Shown: in pieces, positions 10,701 to 19,210 of the stretch
Numbering within the stretch: position 1 is the stretch's first letter
How the letters are laid out: the number at the start of each line of letters is the position of its first letter
From: Verrucomicrobiota bacterium
Lineage (GTDB): Bacteria; Verrucomicrobiota; Verrucomicrobiia; Limisphaerales; SXQI01
Direction of reading: 5' to 3'
DNA: 64,000 nucleotides
Assembly (NCBI GenBank): GCA_033762115.1
Contig: JANRLX010000021.1
Span: 66,855-130,854, forward strand
Position numbers and translations under genes: made by a program
Notes under the pieces: generated by a model
What the model saw: only the letters and a program-made list of their open reading frames with translations
The model's database searches: none
Told to the model about the DNA's origin: nothing

Positions 10701-11182
10701 AGTTTTCCAAGGTCGTATCCGCCATCGGGCGCTTTGGACGGATCTACATCCAGATAATATTGATAAACCCAACCAAGCCCCGTCGCGTCCGGTCCAAGTT
10801 GTGGCTTCACGCCTTCCGGCATCGCGCCTTGCAGATAATTCAGCCGTTCCAAAACCCGTGTTCGAGCGAAATAAGTGTCGATGTTGTCCTCAAAAATGAT
10901 GGTGAGGAGCGAAAAGCCGAACATCGAGTTAGCGCGGACTTCTTTGACGCCGGCCAGTCCCTGCAAACCAGTCGAGAGTGGATACGTGACTTGGTCCTCT
11001 ACTTCCTGGGGGCTCCGGCCCATCCAATCGGCATAAACAAGAACCTGATTTTCAGTGAGGTCCGGAATGGCATCCACCGGAGTCTTAAAGACGGCGCGAA
11101 CCCCGAGACTGATAATGATGAGAGCCCCGCAAAATACGAGAAAGCGGTTGCGCAGGCTCCATTCGATGATGCGTTGAATCAT
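7757..11182 (-). CDS. cusA: CusA/SilA-type Cu/Ag efflux RND permease
   Basis: DAIPD...GPDATGLGWVYQY, EFMPPLNEG, DPAPTEMIET and RLRPKVMT motifs. Confidence 0.95.
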   Translation of the reverse strand: MIQRIIEWSLRNRFLVFCGALIIISLGVRAVFKTPVDAIPDLTENQVLVYADWMGRSPQEVEDQVTYPLSTGLQGLAGVKEVRANSMFGFSLLTIIFEDNIDTYFARTRVLERLNYLQGAMPEGVKPQLGPDATGLGWVYQYYLDVDPSKAPDGGYDLGKLRTIQDWHIRYQLASVQGIAEVASVGGFVKQYQIELSATKMRAANVTLMEVMAAVQNANLNVGGKVIEENGAEFVLRGIGLIESTEDLELIPIKAVQGTPIYVKDIAIVQIGGDFRRGALDVNGHEVVGGTVVMRSGENAKAVIERVKAKIAQISPSLPPGVSIKPFYDRSELIDRTIDTLKHALTEEIILVTLAHIIFLWHFRSILIVTLPLPISILISFLLMKEFRITSNIMSLTGIAIAIGVLVDAAIVVTENVIRHCERAEEKKGGRLTRAETLSMTLAACQQVGRPIFFAMAIIILAFVPVFALTGQEGKLFHPLAWTKTFAMIGSTLLAVTLVPVLCSLLVRGPFHSEEHNIVMRFLLKIYDPTLNWALKHKKTVIGGAVMLLAFALLLAFGLPRSWVKELRDRRWDRTANLAQGFGKEFMPPLNEGSLLFMPILLPKTGLKEIQRVMSWQDQVLSAAPEIQTVAGKLGRFESPTDPAPTEMIETTITLKPEWISTNRTILGFIKIPRVIRNPEWREGMTVEKLKAELNEKMKLVPGYVPAFLQPIENRILMLYTGIRAQVGVKIYGDKLDAIQQKAFEVESVVKQIPGAAGVSPSRVQGKPYLNVKVDRKAMARYNLNARDVLDAVEVAIGGKNVSVTIEGRERFPIQVRLERGERDDIEKIGRILIASRSSMGGGATASTGGMAGGMQPAVLRMSAAAETPPLAYVPLAMVAKITREVGANEIASENGRLRAYVQSNVQDRDLGGFVNEVEQALKKLEWGNMTYQMTGEYENQRRFVKTMQLVFPAVLLIIFVMLFMVYHSALEAAHVMLAVPFALSGGVFLQKFFGYNFNGAVWVGYIALFGTAVQTGVVMVVYLEEMVKKRMAERGSAFSYDDLVQAVKDGARLRLRPKVMTVATIVASLLPIMWSHRQGAEVMKPLATPVIGGMISSLIHILIVTPVIFLWLRSRELRSSLANASDANPESNNTDKPEIT

Positions 11183-11191
11183 GGGGCCTTT

Positions 11192-12901
11192 TTAGCGTTT
11201 TACCTTCTGACCGCAGTCCAGCATCTCAGCTCCAAAGTAAGGATTTCCGATGTCCCGGCCAGCGGCCTGGACCCAACGGCCCTTTTTGGGCACACCGGGA
11301 ATCGCGCGATCCACCATCGGGCACTCGAAGAGATCAAAGGGTGGAGAGCCGGATGCGCTGCCGATCATTTCAAGAACACGAGCGGCGGAATTGGAGAAGG
11401 GGTGAAACAACTTTCGTGCTGCTGCTAAATCAGTCGCGCCGTGCAGGTGACGAGCGTCAGAAAGATGCTTCAGCATGTCTTGAAGCTCTTTTCGATCTTT
11501 AAGAGCTTCGCTGAGTGTCTCGGTCGCTTTCATGGCGCTGTCGCCTGCCGCGTTGAATTGGGAGAGATCATCTTTGGAGAGCGCCGTCGAAACTGCGTCC
11601 GCGATATTCACGAATTGATCAACGGCCTTTTTTTGCAAATCCGTCAAAGGCATCGTGTTCGTGGACATGCCCGTTGCGGGATGCTCGGGCGCCGACGTAA
11701 ACGCTCGATTCATCTCCGCCTGGCCATCGATCAGCAGGTTGCCGTTCACAACCACCTTGTCGCCAGTCGCGAGGCCTTTGGCCACTTCAACCAGAGAATC
11801 GCCACGCCGGCCCAGTTTGAGCGTTCGCCTGGCAAACGCTCCGCTGCCTTGATCCACATATGCGACGGCCTCAGGCCCAGTCTCGATGACAGCAGTGCGA
11901 GGCACCGTGAGGACTTCCGGCGCGTCGAGATGAACCAATCCGTCGGCATAGAGCTTGTGCATCATGCGATGGCCGGATTCGGACGGGGGGTTTTTCAATT
12001 CCACGCGGACGATGGCCGAACGCGTCGCTTCATCCAACGTCGGGTCAACAAATGCGACCTGGCCTGAAAAGGTGACTCCCGGATGGGAAGGTGAAGTGAT
12101 GTCGACTTTTAGTCCCTTCTTAATCCAGGGAATGTCCTGCTCATAAGCTCGGAACTGGAACCACATTGTCGAAAAGTCCGCGATTTCAAAAAGCCGCTCG
12201 CCCTCCTGAACATATTGACCCTCATAAACGCTTCGTGCGATGACAGTGCCCCCCAACGGCGCAAGGATTTGCGAAGTTAATTTGTCGCCCGACTTGTTGG
12301 GAAGCGCTTCGATCTGTTCCGGCGTCAATCCCATCTGGCGCAAACGCAAAGCCGTCGCAGCGCGTAAATCTCCCGTCAATGTCCGATATTCGCGTTCGGC
12401 TTGAAGCAACGATGGACTGTAAAACTCCGCGAGTGGTTCCCCCTGTTTCACCTCCGCTCCGATAAAGTTAACAAAGAGCTTTTCGATGCGGCCAGGAACG
12501 TAAGCGGATAGCACGCGATGGCGCGTGGCGTCATCGTCAATCGTCCCGGCAACCGTGAGCGTCTTCTTGAGTGGACGAACCTGTGCTTCAGACGTCTGCA
12601 CATTCATCACCTGAATCATGGTTTGTGTCAGGGGCACAACATCGCCGCCAGAAGCATCGAATCCGGGATCGCCTTCATACACCGGCGTTAATTCCATTCC
12701 GCAAATCGTGCAACGGCCTGGCTTGTCCGACTTGATCCACGGGTGCATTGCGCTCTGGTAATAGAGCAGCTTGCGTTGACCTTTGTCTTTGGATTGCGCA
12801 GGCACAGCAGTTGAACTGCCATGCGGAAACTTGCGCGTCGCAAACCACGTCGCGGGAATCGCGATGGCAAGCGTCAGCAGAATAGTGGGAACTGTTTTCA
12901 T
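11192..12901 (-). CDS. cusB: CusB-like RND periplasmic adaptor with N-terminal heavy-metal-binding and C-terminal DUF3347-like domains
   Basis: MHPWIKSDKPGRCTICGMEL, MFP core, C-terminal CPM...NPYFGAEMLDCG. Start at MKTVPTILL. Confidence 0.9.
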   Translation of the reverse strand: MKTVPTILLTLAIAIPATWFATRKFPHGSSTAVPAQSKDKGQRKLLYYQSAMHPWIKSDKPGRCTICGMELTPVYEGDPGFDASGGDVVPLTQTMIQVMNVQTSEAQVRPLKKTLTVAGTIDDDATRHRVLSAYVPGRIEKLFVNFIGAEVKQGEPLAEFYSPSLLQAEREYRTLTGDLRAATALRLRQMGLTPEQIEALPNKSGDKLTSQILAPLGGTVIARSVYEGQYVQEGERLFEIADFSTMWFQFRAYEQDIPWIKKGLKVDITSPSHPGVTFSGQVAFVDPTLDEATRSAIVRVELKNPPSESGHRMMHKLYADGLVHLDAPEVLTVPRTAVIETGPEAVAYVDQGSGAFARRTLKLGRRGDSLVEVAKGLATGDKVVVNGNLLIDGQAEMNRAFTSAPEHPATGMSTNTMPLTDLQKKAVDQFVNIADAVSTALSKDDLSQFNAAGDSAMKATETLSEALKDRKELQDMLKHLSDARHLHGATDLAAARKLFHPFSNSAARVLEMIGSASGSPPFDLFECPMVDRAIPGVPKKGRWVQAAGRDIGNPYFGAEMLDCGQKVKR

Positions 12902-12908
12902 AAAAGAT

Positions 12909-14165
12909 TCAAGGCAAGGTTTGTGGTGGAACGATTGAGCGAAGTGTCTCAAGCGCGGCCCGGTGCGCGGCCACGGAACGGCGTTCTTCCAACCGTGCGT
13001 TAAGCATGGCTCGGCGTGATTCGAGAACTTCGAGCAGAGTGGACTTTGCACCAATCCAGGAGTTCTGGATGGACTCCGCAGCTATCTGCGCGCGAGGAAT
13101 TACTTCCTTGGAAAATGTGTCAGCCTGACGAGCGGCGTTTTCCGCTTCGGTATGGGCCGCAACTGCTTCGCCCCGAAGCTTCCTGTGGATTGCCTCGATT
13201 TCCTTCTCAGCCGCGAGTTCCTGCCGTTGCGCGCGCTCGACGTTGGCGGCGTAGATCGATTTGTTAAAAAACGGCAGCGTCATTTTGGCGGTGACAGTTG
13301 CCTGGCGGAAATCCCCACCTGAATAGACGCTTGATCCAACACCGACTGAGAAAATGGGGCTGCGCTCTTTGCGGGCAACTTCAATTTCGGATTTCGCGGC
13401 GTTGGCTGTATTGAGCAACGCCTGGAGCATCGGGTTAACCTCGAAGAGCCTGTTCAATTCAGCTTCCAGGGCGGGAGTAAGCGAAGCGGATTCGGGTAGC
13501 CGAAGTATGGGCCACATTTCGTCCGCCGGTCGACCCAGCAAAATGTTAAGCTGCCGTGTTAACCGAGTCCGTGTCCTCGTGGTTGAGTCAATCTTTTGCT
13601 GTTCTTGAGCGACTTCACTCTCGACACGCAGCGGCTCTGAGGCGGTCGCCATTGGGTCCTTAAGCTTCTCCCGCGCGTTGGCGGCCATGCTTTCCAGCCA
13701 CACCAACTGATTCGTTTCGACGGCAAACATCTCATCCAGAAACGCCAATTCGAGCGCAGTTTGCGCCACGAGGGTTTCGAGCGTCAGGACCGCCGAGCGG
13801 GTCTCTGCCTCGAACATGGATCGTTCGGCGGCAGCCTTGGCTTTGCGAGCCTCGTAGAGCTTTCGCCGGGGCAACACCTGCTCGACCATAAACATGAGGT
13901 CACCATCGTCCGCCCGCATGTCTCGTTCGGCCGCCATCACGCCCATACCTGCCATCGGGTCCTCCCACAATCGTACGGCCCGGACACTGGCTTCCGCTGC
14001 TTGAACGCGAGCCTTCGCTGCGGCAATGGATGGGTGATTCGTGCGAACCTCCGCGCGGAGCGAATCAAGGAAGGCTGCGTCCAAAAGACGGGGCGTTTGG
14101 GCATGCACCAGCGGCGTCGTGATGAAAGTCGCGAGCAAAGCTATTAGTAGATTCAATTTCAACAT
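12909..14165 (-). CDS. TolC/CusC-family outer-membrane efflux protein
   Basis: Signal peptide, two OEP-like helical repeats, position directly upstream of the adaptor and RND genes. Confidence 0.88.
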   Translation of the reverse strand: MLKLNLLIALLATFITTPLVHAQTPRLLDAAFLDSLRAEVRTNHPSIAAAKARVQAAEASVRAVRLWEDPMAGMGVMAAERDMRADDGDLMFMVEQVLPRRKLYEARKAKAAAERSMFEAETRSAVLTLETLVAQTALELAFLDEMFAVETNQLVWLESMAANAREKLKDPMATASEPLRVESEVAQEQQKIDSTTRTRTRLTRQLNILLGRPADEMWPILRLPESASLTPALEAELNRLFEVNPMLQALLNTANAAKSEIEVARKERSPIFSVGVGSSVYSGGDFRQATVTAKMTLPFFNKSIYAANVERAQRQELAAEKEIEAIHRKLRGEAVAAHTEAENAARQADTFSKEVIPRAQIAAESIQNSWIGAKSTLLEVLESRRAMLNARLEERRSVAAHRAALETLRSIVPPQTLP

Positions 14166-14277
14166 GGTATTCTTTCGGTTCTTTGCAAAAGGGTCGGAAT
14201 CACTCCGAGAGCAAACGCCACGGAGTCAGCGAAGAGTTGTTGATTCGGCGGCAACGCTAGATTGCCACGCGAATCAA

Positions 14278-14733
14278 CTACGAAAGAAGAGGAGGAGCCA
14301 GGCCGCGGTGCGCTGGGCCGAGAGACACTTCAGGCGTGAAAACACAGTTGGCAGGCCAAGCTTCGCGGAAATACGGTGCGGTTGGGGCGCTGGCCGTCGC
14401 ATCCAGCGGAAGCAAGCAAAGAGAGTGCGTGAAGAGAAGGGAAAAGTCGGGATGATCCATCGATAACGAGGCGGTGGTTGTGATCCCGTTTTTGAGCATT
14501 AGACACATGCTGACCGGCATCGAGTCTTGTTTTGCCGGAGCAGATGAGCCGCAGTTTCCACAGTGAGGTGGTGAACCGAGGTGACATGAAGCTTGTCGAT
14601 CTTCGCTGGCGCTGTTTCCAGAGCTGCAATGCAAGATGCAAAGCGCCTGGGTCACGACAAACAACACGAGTGTCAGCGCCGCTAAGGAGCGGAGGAGCGG
14701 ACGCAATGTTGTCGGTCGCACACGCATATTCAA
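14278..14733 (-). CDS. Cys/His-rich exported leader protein (DUF2946/CruR/CutF-like)
   Basis: N-terminal hydrophobic segment, CILHC, CHxxxxxHCxxC, C-terminal GPAHRGLAPP; upstream of tolC. Confidence 0.65.
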   Translation of the reverse strand: MNMRVRPTTLRPLLRSLAALTLVLFVVTQALCILHCSSGNSASEDRQASCHLGSPPHCGNCGSSAPAKQDSMPVSMCLMLKNGITTTASLSMDHPDFSLLFTHSLCLLPLDATASAPTAPYFREAWPANCVFTPEVSLGPAHRGLAPPLLS

Positions 14734-14804
14734 ATAATACTGTTAGTGGCCCCCAACGGCAATCTCGAAGCATCTTGCATCTTGGCGAAGGGCGTCCTGT
14801 CCAT

Positions 14805-15272
14805 TCAGTTCTTCAAGGTGCCGCAGTTAAGCATTGCTTTCCCCATGTAAGGGTTTTTGATTTCTGTTTCCTTCTGCAACCAGCTCGCCTTGGCCATCGG
14901 ACAATACGCTTCGTGGTAAACGCCCTTGCCCGCCTTATTGTCAGCGAGAAATTTGACGAGTGACGCGCTTAACGGTTTGAAGGCGTCACGAGCAGTCTTC
15001 AAATCTTTTGCTTTCGCAAGCGAGTCGGCGTGTTTGGCGACCTCTGGTGATAGCAATTTCTTTTCGTCGCCGCGAATGGCCTTCGCGATGGCGTTGGCTT
15101 GCTCCTCCAAGCCTTTCACAGAATCCTTCGCGAGTTCGGTCTGGATCTTCAAATAATGATCATAGACCGATTTCACAGGCTCTGTGAGCGCTGTTTCATC
15201 GGCCCCGCGCGCAACAGTGTTAATAAACAGGCCGAATGCGGCCACAATCGCGGTGAATGTTTTTATTTTCAT
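14805..15272 (-). CDS. DUF3347-like periplasmic metal-binding protein
   Basis: Signal peptide; YLKIQTELAKD, YCPMAKASWLQ and NPYMGKAMLNCG. Confidence 0.85.
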   Translation of the reverse strand: MKIKTFTAIVAAFGLFINTVARGADETALTEPVKSVYDHYLKIQTELAKDSVKGLEEQANAIAKAIRGDEKKLLSPEVAKHADSLAKAKDLKTARDAFKPLSASLVKFLADNKAGKGVYHEAYCPMAKASWLQKETEIKNPYMGKAMLNCGTLKN

Positions 15273-15320
15273 AGACGTAATTTCAATTCCATTCCTCTTG
15301 GCTTGACCCAACCTCCTCTA

Positions 15321-15347
15321 TTACGCCGCAGGAACTCGAATCCCTCA
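15321..15347 (-). promoter_or_regulatory. ECF-sigma promoter (TGAGGG-N16-CGTA)
   Basis: Minus strand TGAGGGATTCGAGTTCCTGCGGCGTAA; matches a second copy at 16201-16227. Confidence 0.7.
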
Positions 15348-15366
15348 AAAAACCTGCCGACTGTGA

Positions 15367-15843
15367 TCAGCGATTCGGAGGCGAATTCGTTGCGTGCATC
15401 CCGGAACTGGCGTGGAAGGCCTTTTCCTGCACAAACGCAAGATAACGTCGACCCTCTGCCGCCGACATTGTCCGGCTGACCTCAAAAAAATGTTTAAGCA
15501 TCATCGCCTGGCATTCCGCTCGCAACTTCGCAGCCTCCAAAAGGAGATGGTCGGCTTCCGCAGTCACGTTCGTCGAGTCGCTAAGCAACGTTCGAAGCTT
15601 TGCATTTTGCGTATCGATTTTCACGCACATCTCCCTGCATTGAGGCAGATAAGCCTCGTGAAGCTCGCAGATCCTTTTAAATTCGCCCTCTCCCAAGTTG
15701 AACTCATCCTTTAGCCATGCGAGTTCCGGAACTGGGCCTTCCTCTAGGCTCCGCACCTGGGACGTTGAAACCAAATACACGGCACCGTAGCCGGCTGCGC
15801 AGGTGATCAAACCAATGAAAATTATCAGGTGCCTTCGGATCAT
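15367..15843 (-). CDS. Periplasmic heavy-metal sensor (CnrX/Spy-like)
   Basis: N-terminal TM; WLKDEFNL, LHEAYLPQCREMC and MLKHFFEVSRTMS motifs. Confidence 0.82.
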   Translation of the reverse strand: MIRRHLIIFIGLITCAAGYGAVYLVSTSQVRSLEEGPVPELAWLKDEFNLGEGEFKRICELHEAYLPQCREMCVKIDTQNAKLRTLLSDSTNVTAEADHLLLEAAKLRAECQAMMLKHFFEVSRTMSAAEGRRYLAFVQEKAFHASSGMHATNSPPNR

Positions 15844-15845
15844 TT

Positions 15846-16187
15846 TCAGCGCCTCGGTGTTAAATAAGGGTCAACTAATCGGACATACTGTGACCCGAGT
15901 TGATTTTTTACGCGGGATGTCTCACGGTTGCCTTGCGTCCAACCTACGGTCATTCCAATCGAAAGCAGAACTGCGAGATAGGCAACGGCAGTGGCCGGCC
16001 GAGTGACAAATCCAGTCGCCCAAGACCGGAGGCATTGAAAAAATGATTCCGTAGCCTCATCCGCCCGTGTCTGGTCGATCCTCTGCCAGACCGTTTCTTG
16101 AAATCGAGGCGGCAACGAAGCGTCGGTCTTCCATTCTTTAAGAACTTTCGACAGCGAATCGTTGATGTTTGGTTTCTGATCTTTCAC
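15846..16187 (-). CDS. Membrane-anchored anti-sigma factor (CnrY-like)
   Basis: LSKVLKEW...PPRFQETVWQRI, one TM, YVRLVDPY; directly upstream of the sensor. GTG start is inferred. Confidence 0.72.
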   Translation of the reverse strand: MKDQKPNINDSLSKVLKEWKTDASLPPRFQETVWQRIDQTRADEATESFFQCLRSWATGFVTRPATAVAYLAVLLSIGMTVGWTQGNRETSRVKNQLGSQYVRLVDPYLTPRR

Positions 16188-16200
16188 AGCTCTCGTCTTG

Positions 16201-16227
16201 ATACGCCAAGGTTCAGCAAATCCCTCA
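16201..16227 (-). promoter_or_regulatory. ECF-sigma promoter (TGAGGG-N16-CGTA)
   Basis: Minus strand TGAGGGATTTGCTGAACCTTGGCGTAT, 13 nt before the anti-sigma GTG. Confidence 0.7.
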
Positions 16228-16650
16228 TACAATTTTTACGATTCGTTCGGTGATTCGCCGAGTGTGAATCGAATTGACCAGATTGGAAAGAATCGGGCGC
16301 TTTTTCAGAAGCTCAGTCGGCTAAGATTGTCGATTCTCCAGAAAACGCCTTGGCACGCCGGTTGCAGAAAGGGATGCAATGCAGTATTGCACCTTGTTAT
16401 TCGAGCATAAAATGTCGCGGATCCGACATCGCCGCTAATTTTTCGCCTTGGCCAGTTCCCAAGGTAATTTATCGACGGTAATTTGCAGCGAGCGAATTTA
16501 TTCCTCTGGCGTCGGCCTGTTTACTAAAATGGAGCGGGCTTTGGTCTGCTCGGGAATCACGAAAATCCGCATGTAAGCATTTTCAACGACGATAGCAAAA
16601 AGAATGATCAATGAGCTAATGGCCGCGTAACGGCTTAATTTGTCGGGCAA

Positions 16651-17493
16651 TTATTTCGCCCTCGGCAATGGGAAGTAGCCGACATCTTTGACGAGCTTTT
16701 GCCCTTCATCGCTCTTGATCCAAGTGATGTAATTGGCAATCGCGTCCTTTTCGAGCGCGGGGTTCAAATACAGGTAAAGATTCCGCCAAATCGGATAGGT
16801 GCCGTTGGCAACGGTTTCCTCGGTCGGCTCGATACCGGGCGAGGCCGCGTCTTTCTTGACCTTCAAATGCTTGGCTCCGGCTCCGTAGGCGATGCCGCCA
16901 TAGCCGATCCCATTGGGGTCTTTGGCGACCGCCTGAAGCAACCCCGCCGTTCCGGGCATGGTTTGGGTGGCGGCGGCGAAATCCTTTCCTTTGAGGACAT
17001 GCTCTTTGAAGAATTCATATGTGCCGGAGCTATTCTCGCGGCTGTAAACAACGATAGGCGCGTCGGCCCCGCCGACTTCCTTCCAGTTTTTGATTTTGCC
17101 CGTAAAGATTGCTTCCAATTGATCCAGGCTGAGTTCTTTGATTTTGTTGGCTTCGGGCACATAGACGGCGAGGCCGTCGAGGCAGACGACGTGTTCCGAT
17201 GGGCGTTTGCTGAAAGCCTTTACGCAGCTTGCGGTTTCTGCCGGTTTAATTTTCCGGGAGGCGTTGCAAATGTCGGTGGTTTGATTTTGCAGCGCGGCAA
17301 AACCGGTGCCGGTACCACCGCCGGTCACTTGAATCTTTACATCGGGCGTCTTCGCCATGAAGGCTTCGGCCCATTTTTGCGCGAGCACCACCATGGTATC
17401 CGAACCTTTAACCGTGATGTTGGCGGCTTGCGCCGAAAGGCCGCACAGAAGAGTTCCGAGACAGAGTGTTTTTAAGAAAGATGAACGTTTCAT
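16651..17493 (-). CDS. pstS: Phosphate-binding protein PstS
   Basis: KGSDTM, GGGTGTG, NASRKIK and SRENSSGTYEFF motifs; signal peptide. Confidence 0.93.
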   Translation of the reverse strand: MKRSSFLKTLCLGTLLCGLSAQAANITVKGSDTMVVLAQKWAEAFMAKTPDVKIQVTGGGTGTGFAALQNQTTDICNASRKIKPAETASCVKAFSKRPSEHVVCLDGLAVYVPEANKIKELSLDQLEAIFTGKIKNWKEVGGADAPIVVYSRENSSGTYEFFKEHVLKGKDFAAATQTMPGTAGLLQAVAKDPNGIGYGGIAYGAGAKHLKVKKDAASPGIEPTEETVANGTYPIWRNLYLYLNPALEKDAIANYITWIKSDEGQKLVKDVGYFPLPRAK

Positions 17494-17516
17494 GCGAATA
17501 AACCTCGCATTGGCAT

Positions 17517-17556
17517 GCGACGGTTTTGTGCCTGAATCGTTACGATTCGGTGACAG
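17517..17556 (-). promoter_or_regulatory. Pho-box-like array of four 11-bp-spaced heptamers
   Basis: CTGTCAC-CGAA-TCGTAAC-GATT-CAGGCAC-AAAA-CCGTCGC upstream of pstS. Confidence 0.6.
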
Positions 17557-17565
17557 TGCAAAAAC

Positions 17566-17587
17566 CATATTCGTGCATACGAATCAG
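17566..17587. promoter_or_regulatory. Putative ArsR operator 1
   Basis: Imperfect palindrome CATATTCGT-GCAT-ACGAATCAG; similar to 18031-18052. Confidence 0.55.
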
Positions 17588-17654
17588 GATTTACGATTCT
17601 AAACAGTAGCTTAAAAGCCGTCTCTCGACAATCGCCACGCCATCGTTTACCCCT

Positions 17655-18008
17655 ATGTTCATGGCTAGCGGCGCAGAACTTAAATTCCAGGCTTTTTCCG
17701 ATCCCATACGGCTTCGGATTCTCTTTCTACTCCGGAAACAGGAGATGTGCGTCTGCGATCTCGTTGCCGTCCTGAAAGTTCCGCAGCCAACGGCATCACG
17801 GCATCTAGCAAGGCTGCGTAAGAGTGGTTTGGTGAAGGTCAGGAAGGAAGGCTTCTGGACGTTTTATTCCTTAACCACGCCGCGCAGCAAATTTGAAAAG
17901 AGCTTGATTGCCTGCCTCGATCATTGCGCGAGCGAATCGCCTGGTCTTGAAAACGACCAAACCCTTGCCCTGCGTCTTTTGAAGCGCGGGAAGTGCTGCC
18001 CGGCCTGA
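17655..18008 (+). CDS. arsR: ArsR/SmtB-family repressor
   Basis: FSDPIRLRIL, EMCVCDL metal site, SRHLARLRKSGLV, C-terminal CC. Confidence 0.93.
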   Translation: MFMASGAELKFQAFSDPIRLRILFLLRKQEMCVCDLVAVLKVPQPTASRHLARLRKSGLVKVRKEGFWTFYSLTTPRSKFEKSLIACLDHCASESPGLENDQTLALRLLKRGKCCPA

Positions 18009-18030
18009 TACGCTGTTTTCAATTGCCATT

Positions 18031-18052
18031 CATATTCGCTCATGTGAATATG
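18031..18052. promoter_or_regulatory. Putative ArsR operator 2
   Basis: Palindrome CATATTCGC-TCAT-GTGAATATG between arsR and the aquaporin gene. Confidence 0.62.
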
Positions 18053-18083
18053 GATTAGTGAACGAAACGGAACATCGGAAAGG

Positions 18084-18740
18084 GTGGTCATGAATAAGCT
18101 TCTCGCTGAATTCCTGGGGACGTTTGCGTTGGTCTTCGCCGGAACCGGAGCCATTGTAATCAACCATGCGAGCGGCGGAGCCATCGGCCATGTCGGGATC
18201 GCCTTCACTTTCGGATTGATCGTCCTCGCTATGATTTACACTTTCGGTGAAGTCTCCGGGGCGCATTTGAATCCGGCGGTGACGTTGGGATTCTTTGCAG
18301 CCAGCCGTTTCGAAGCGAAGAATGTCGGTCCCTATATCCTCACTCAATGTCTGGGAGCCTTGGCGGCGAGCGGCGTTCTTCGCTTTCTGTTTCCCGCCGA
18401 TAAAACGCTGGGGGCCACGCTTCCGGCAGGCTCGGCCCTCCAATCCTTCATTCTTGAGCTGATACTTACATTCTTTTTGATGCTGGTGATTTTGCGGGTT
18501 TCGACGGGTGCGAAAGAAAAAGGCATTACCGCCGGAATCGTTGTCGGGGCGGTCATTGCCCTGGAGGCGATGTTTGCTGGGCCGATATGCGGCGCATCGA
18601 TGAATCCCGCCCGGTCGCTGGCCCCTGCGGTCGTCTCGGGCCATACCGAACATCTCTGGGTGTATTTAGTGGCAACGGTGCTGGGCGCGGTGCTGGCGGT
18701 GCCCGTCTGCCCGCTTCTTGAGCCTCGCGAAAAGGCATAG
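18084..18740 (+). CDS. MIP-family aquaporin/aquaglyceroporin (likely arsenite channel)
   Basis: AEFLGTF, SGAHLNPAV and SMNPARS; located in the ars operon. Confidence 0.93.
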   Translation: MVMNKLLAEFLGTFALVFAGTGAIVINHASGGAIGHVGIAFTFGLIVLAMIYTFGEVSGAHLNPAVTLGFFAASRFEAKNVGPYILTQCLGALAASGVLRFLFPADKTLGATLPAGSALQSFILELILTFFLMLVILRVSTGAKEKGITAGIVVGAVIALEAMFAGPICGASMNPARSLAPAVVSGHTEHLWVYLVATVLGAVLAVPVCPLLEPREKA

Positions 18741-18742
18741 TT

Positions 18743-19210
18743 ATGAAACTGAAAGCGTTCAAAGAAATCCTTGCGGCGCATCCTGAGGCGCATGTGCGTT
18801 TCCTGCTGCCGACGGGTGAAATGATTCCGGTGCATGCCCATGTGACGGAGGCTGCGCGCATCGATAAGCATTTTGTCGATTGCGGCGGCACAGTTCGCGA
18901 GGACTCGCTGTGCCGGTTGCAAACCTGGGTGGCCGATGATCTGGATCATCGTTTATTGGCGGGAAAACTGCACAGGATTCTGAACAAAGCCGCCTCCATT
19001 CTGAAATCCGATGAGCTTGAAGTGGATATCGAGCATGAGGTCGGTTTTATCAGTCAATTCCCGCTGGAATCGGTTGATGCCTCCGCTGGGGAAGTGACCC
19101 TGCGATTAACCACCCGGCACACGGCATGCCTTGCAATGGAGCTTTGCTGCCCTCCGGCTTCGCCGCTTAGCGAGTTTAAGCCCTTAACTTTTACCCCAAT
19201 GAAGTCATGA
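18743..19210 (+). CDS. DUF6428-like protein
   Basis: [27 protein letters not shown] and [10 protein letters not shown] motifs. Confidence 0.75.
   Translation: MKLKAFKEILAAHPEAHVRFLLPTGEMIPVHAHVTEAARIDKHFVDCGGTVREDSLCRLQTWVADDLDHRLLAGKLHRILNKAASILKSDELEVDIEHEVGFISQFPLESVDASAGEVTLRLTTRHTACLAMELCCPPASPLSEFKPLTFTPMKS

Noticed and set aside
10154..11428. 424-aa plus-strand ORF and other long antisense ORFs (e.g. 2147-3115, 16699-17475, 35967-36824)
   Set aside because: Shadows of well-supported genes on the opposite strand; no recognisable motifs.
16240..16650. Gap between the metal cluster and pstS, possible pseudogene or att site
   Set aside because: Fragmentary frames with no identifiable family; no direct-repeat partner found.
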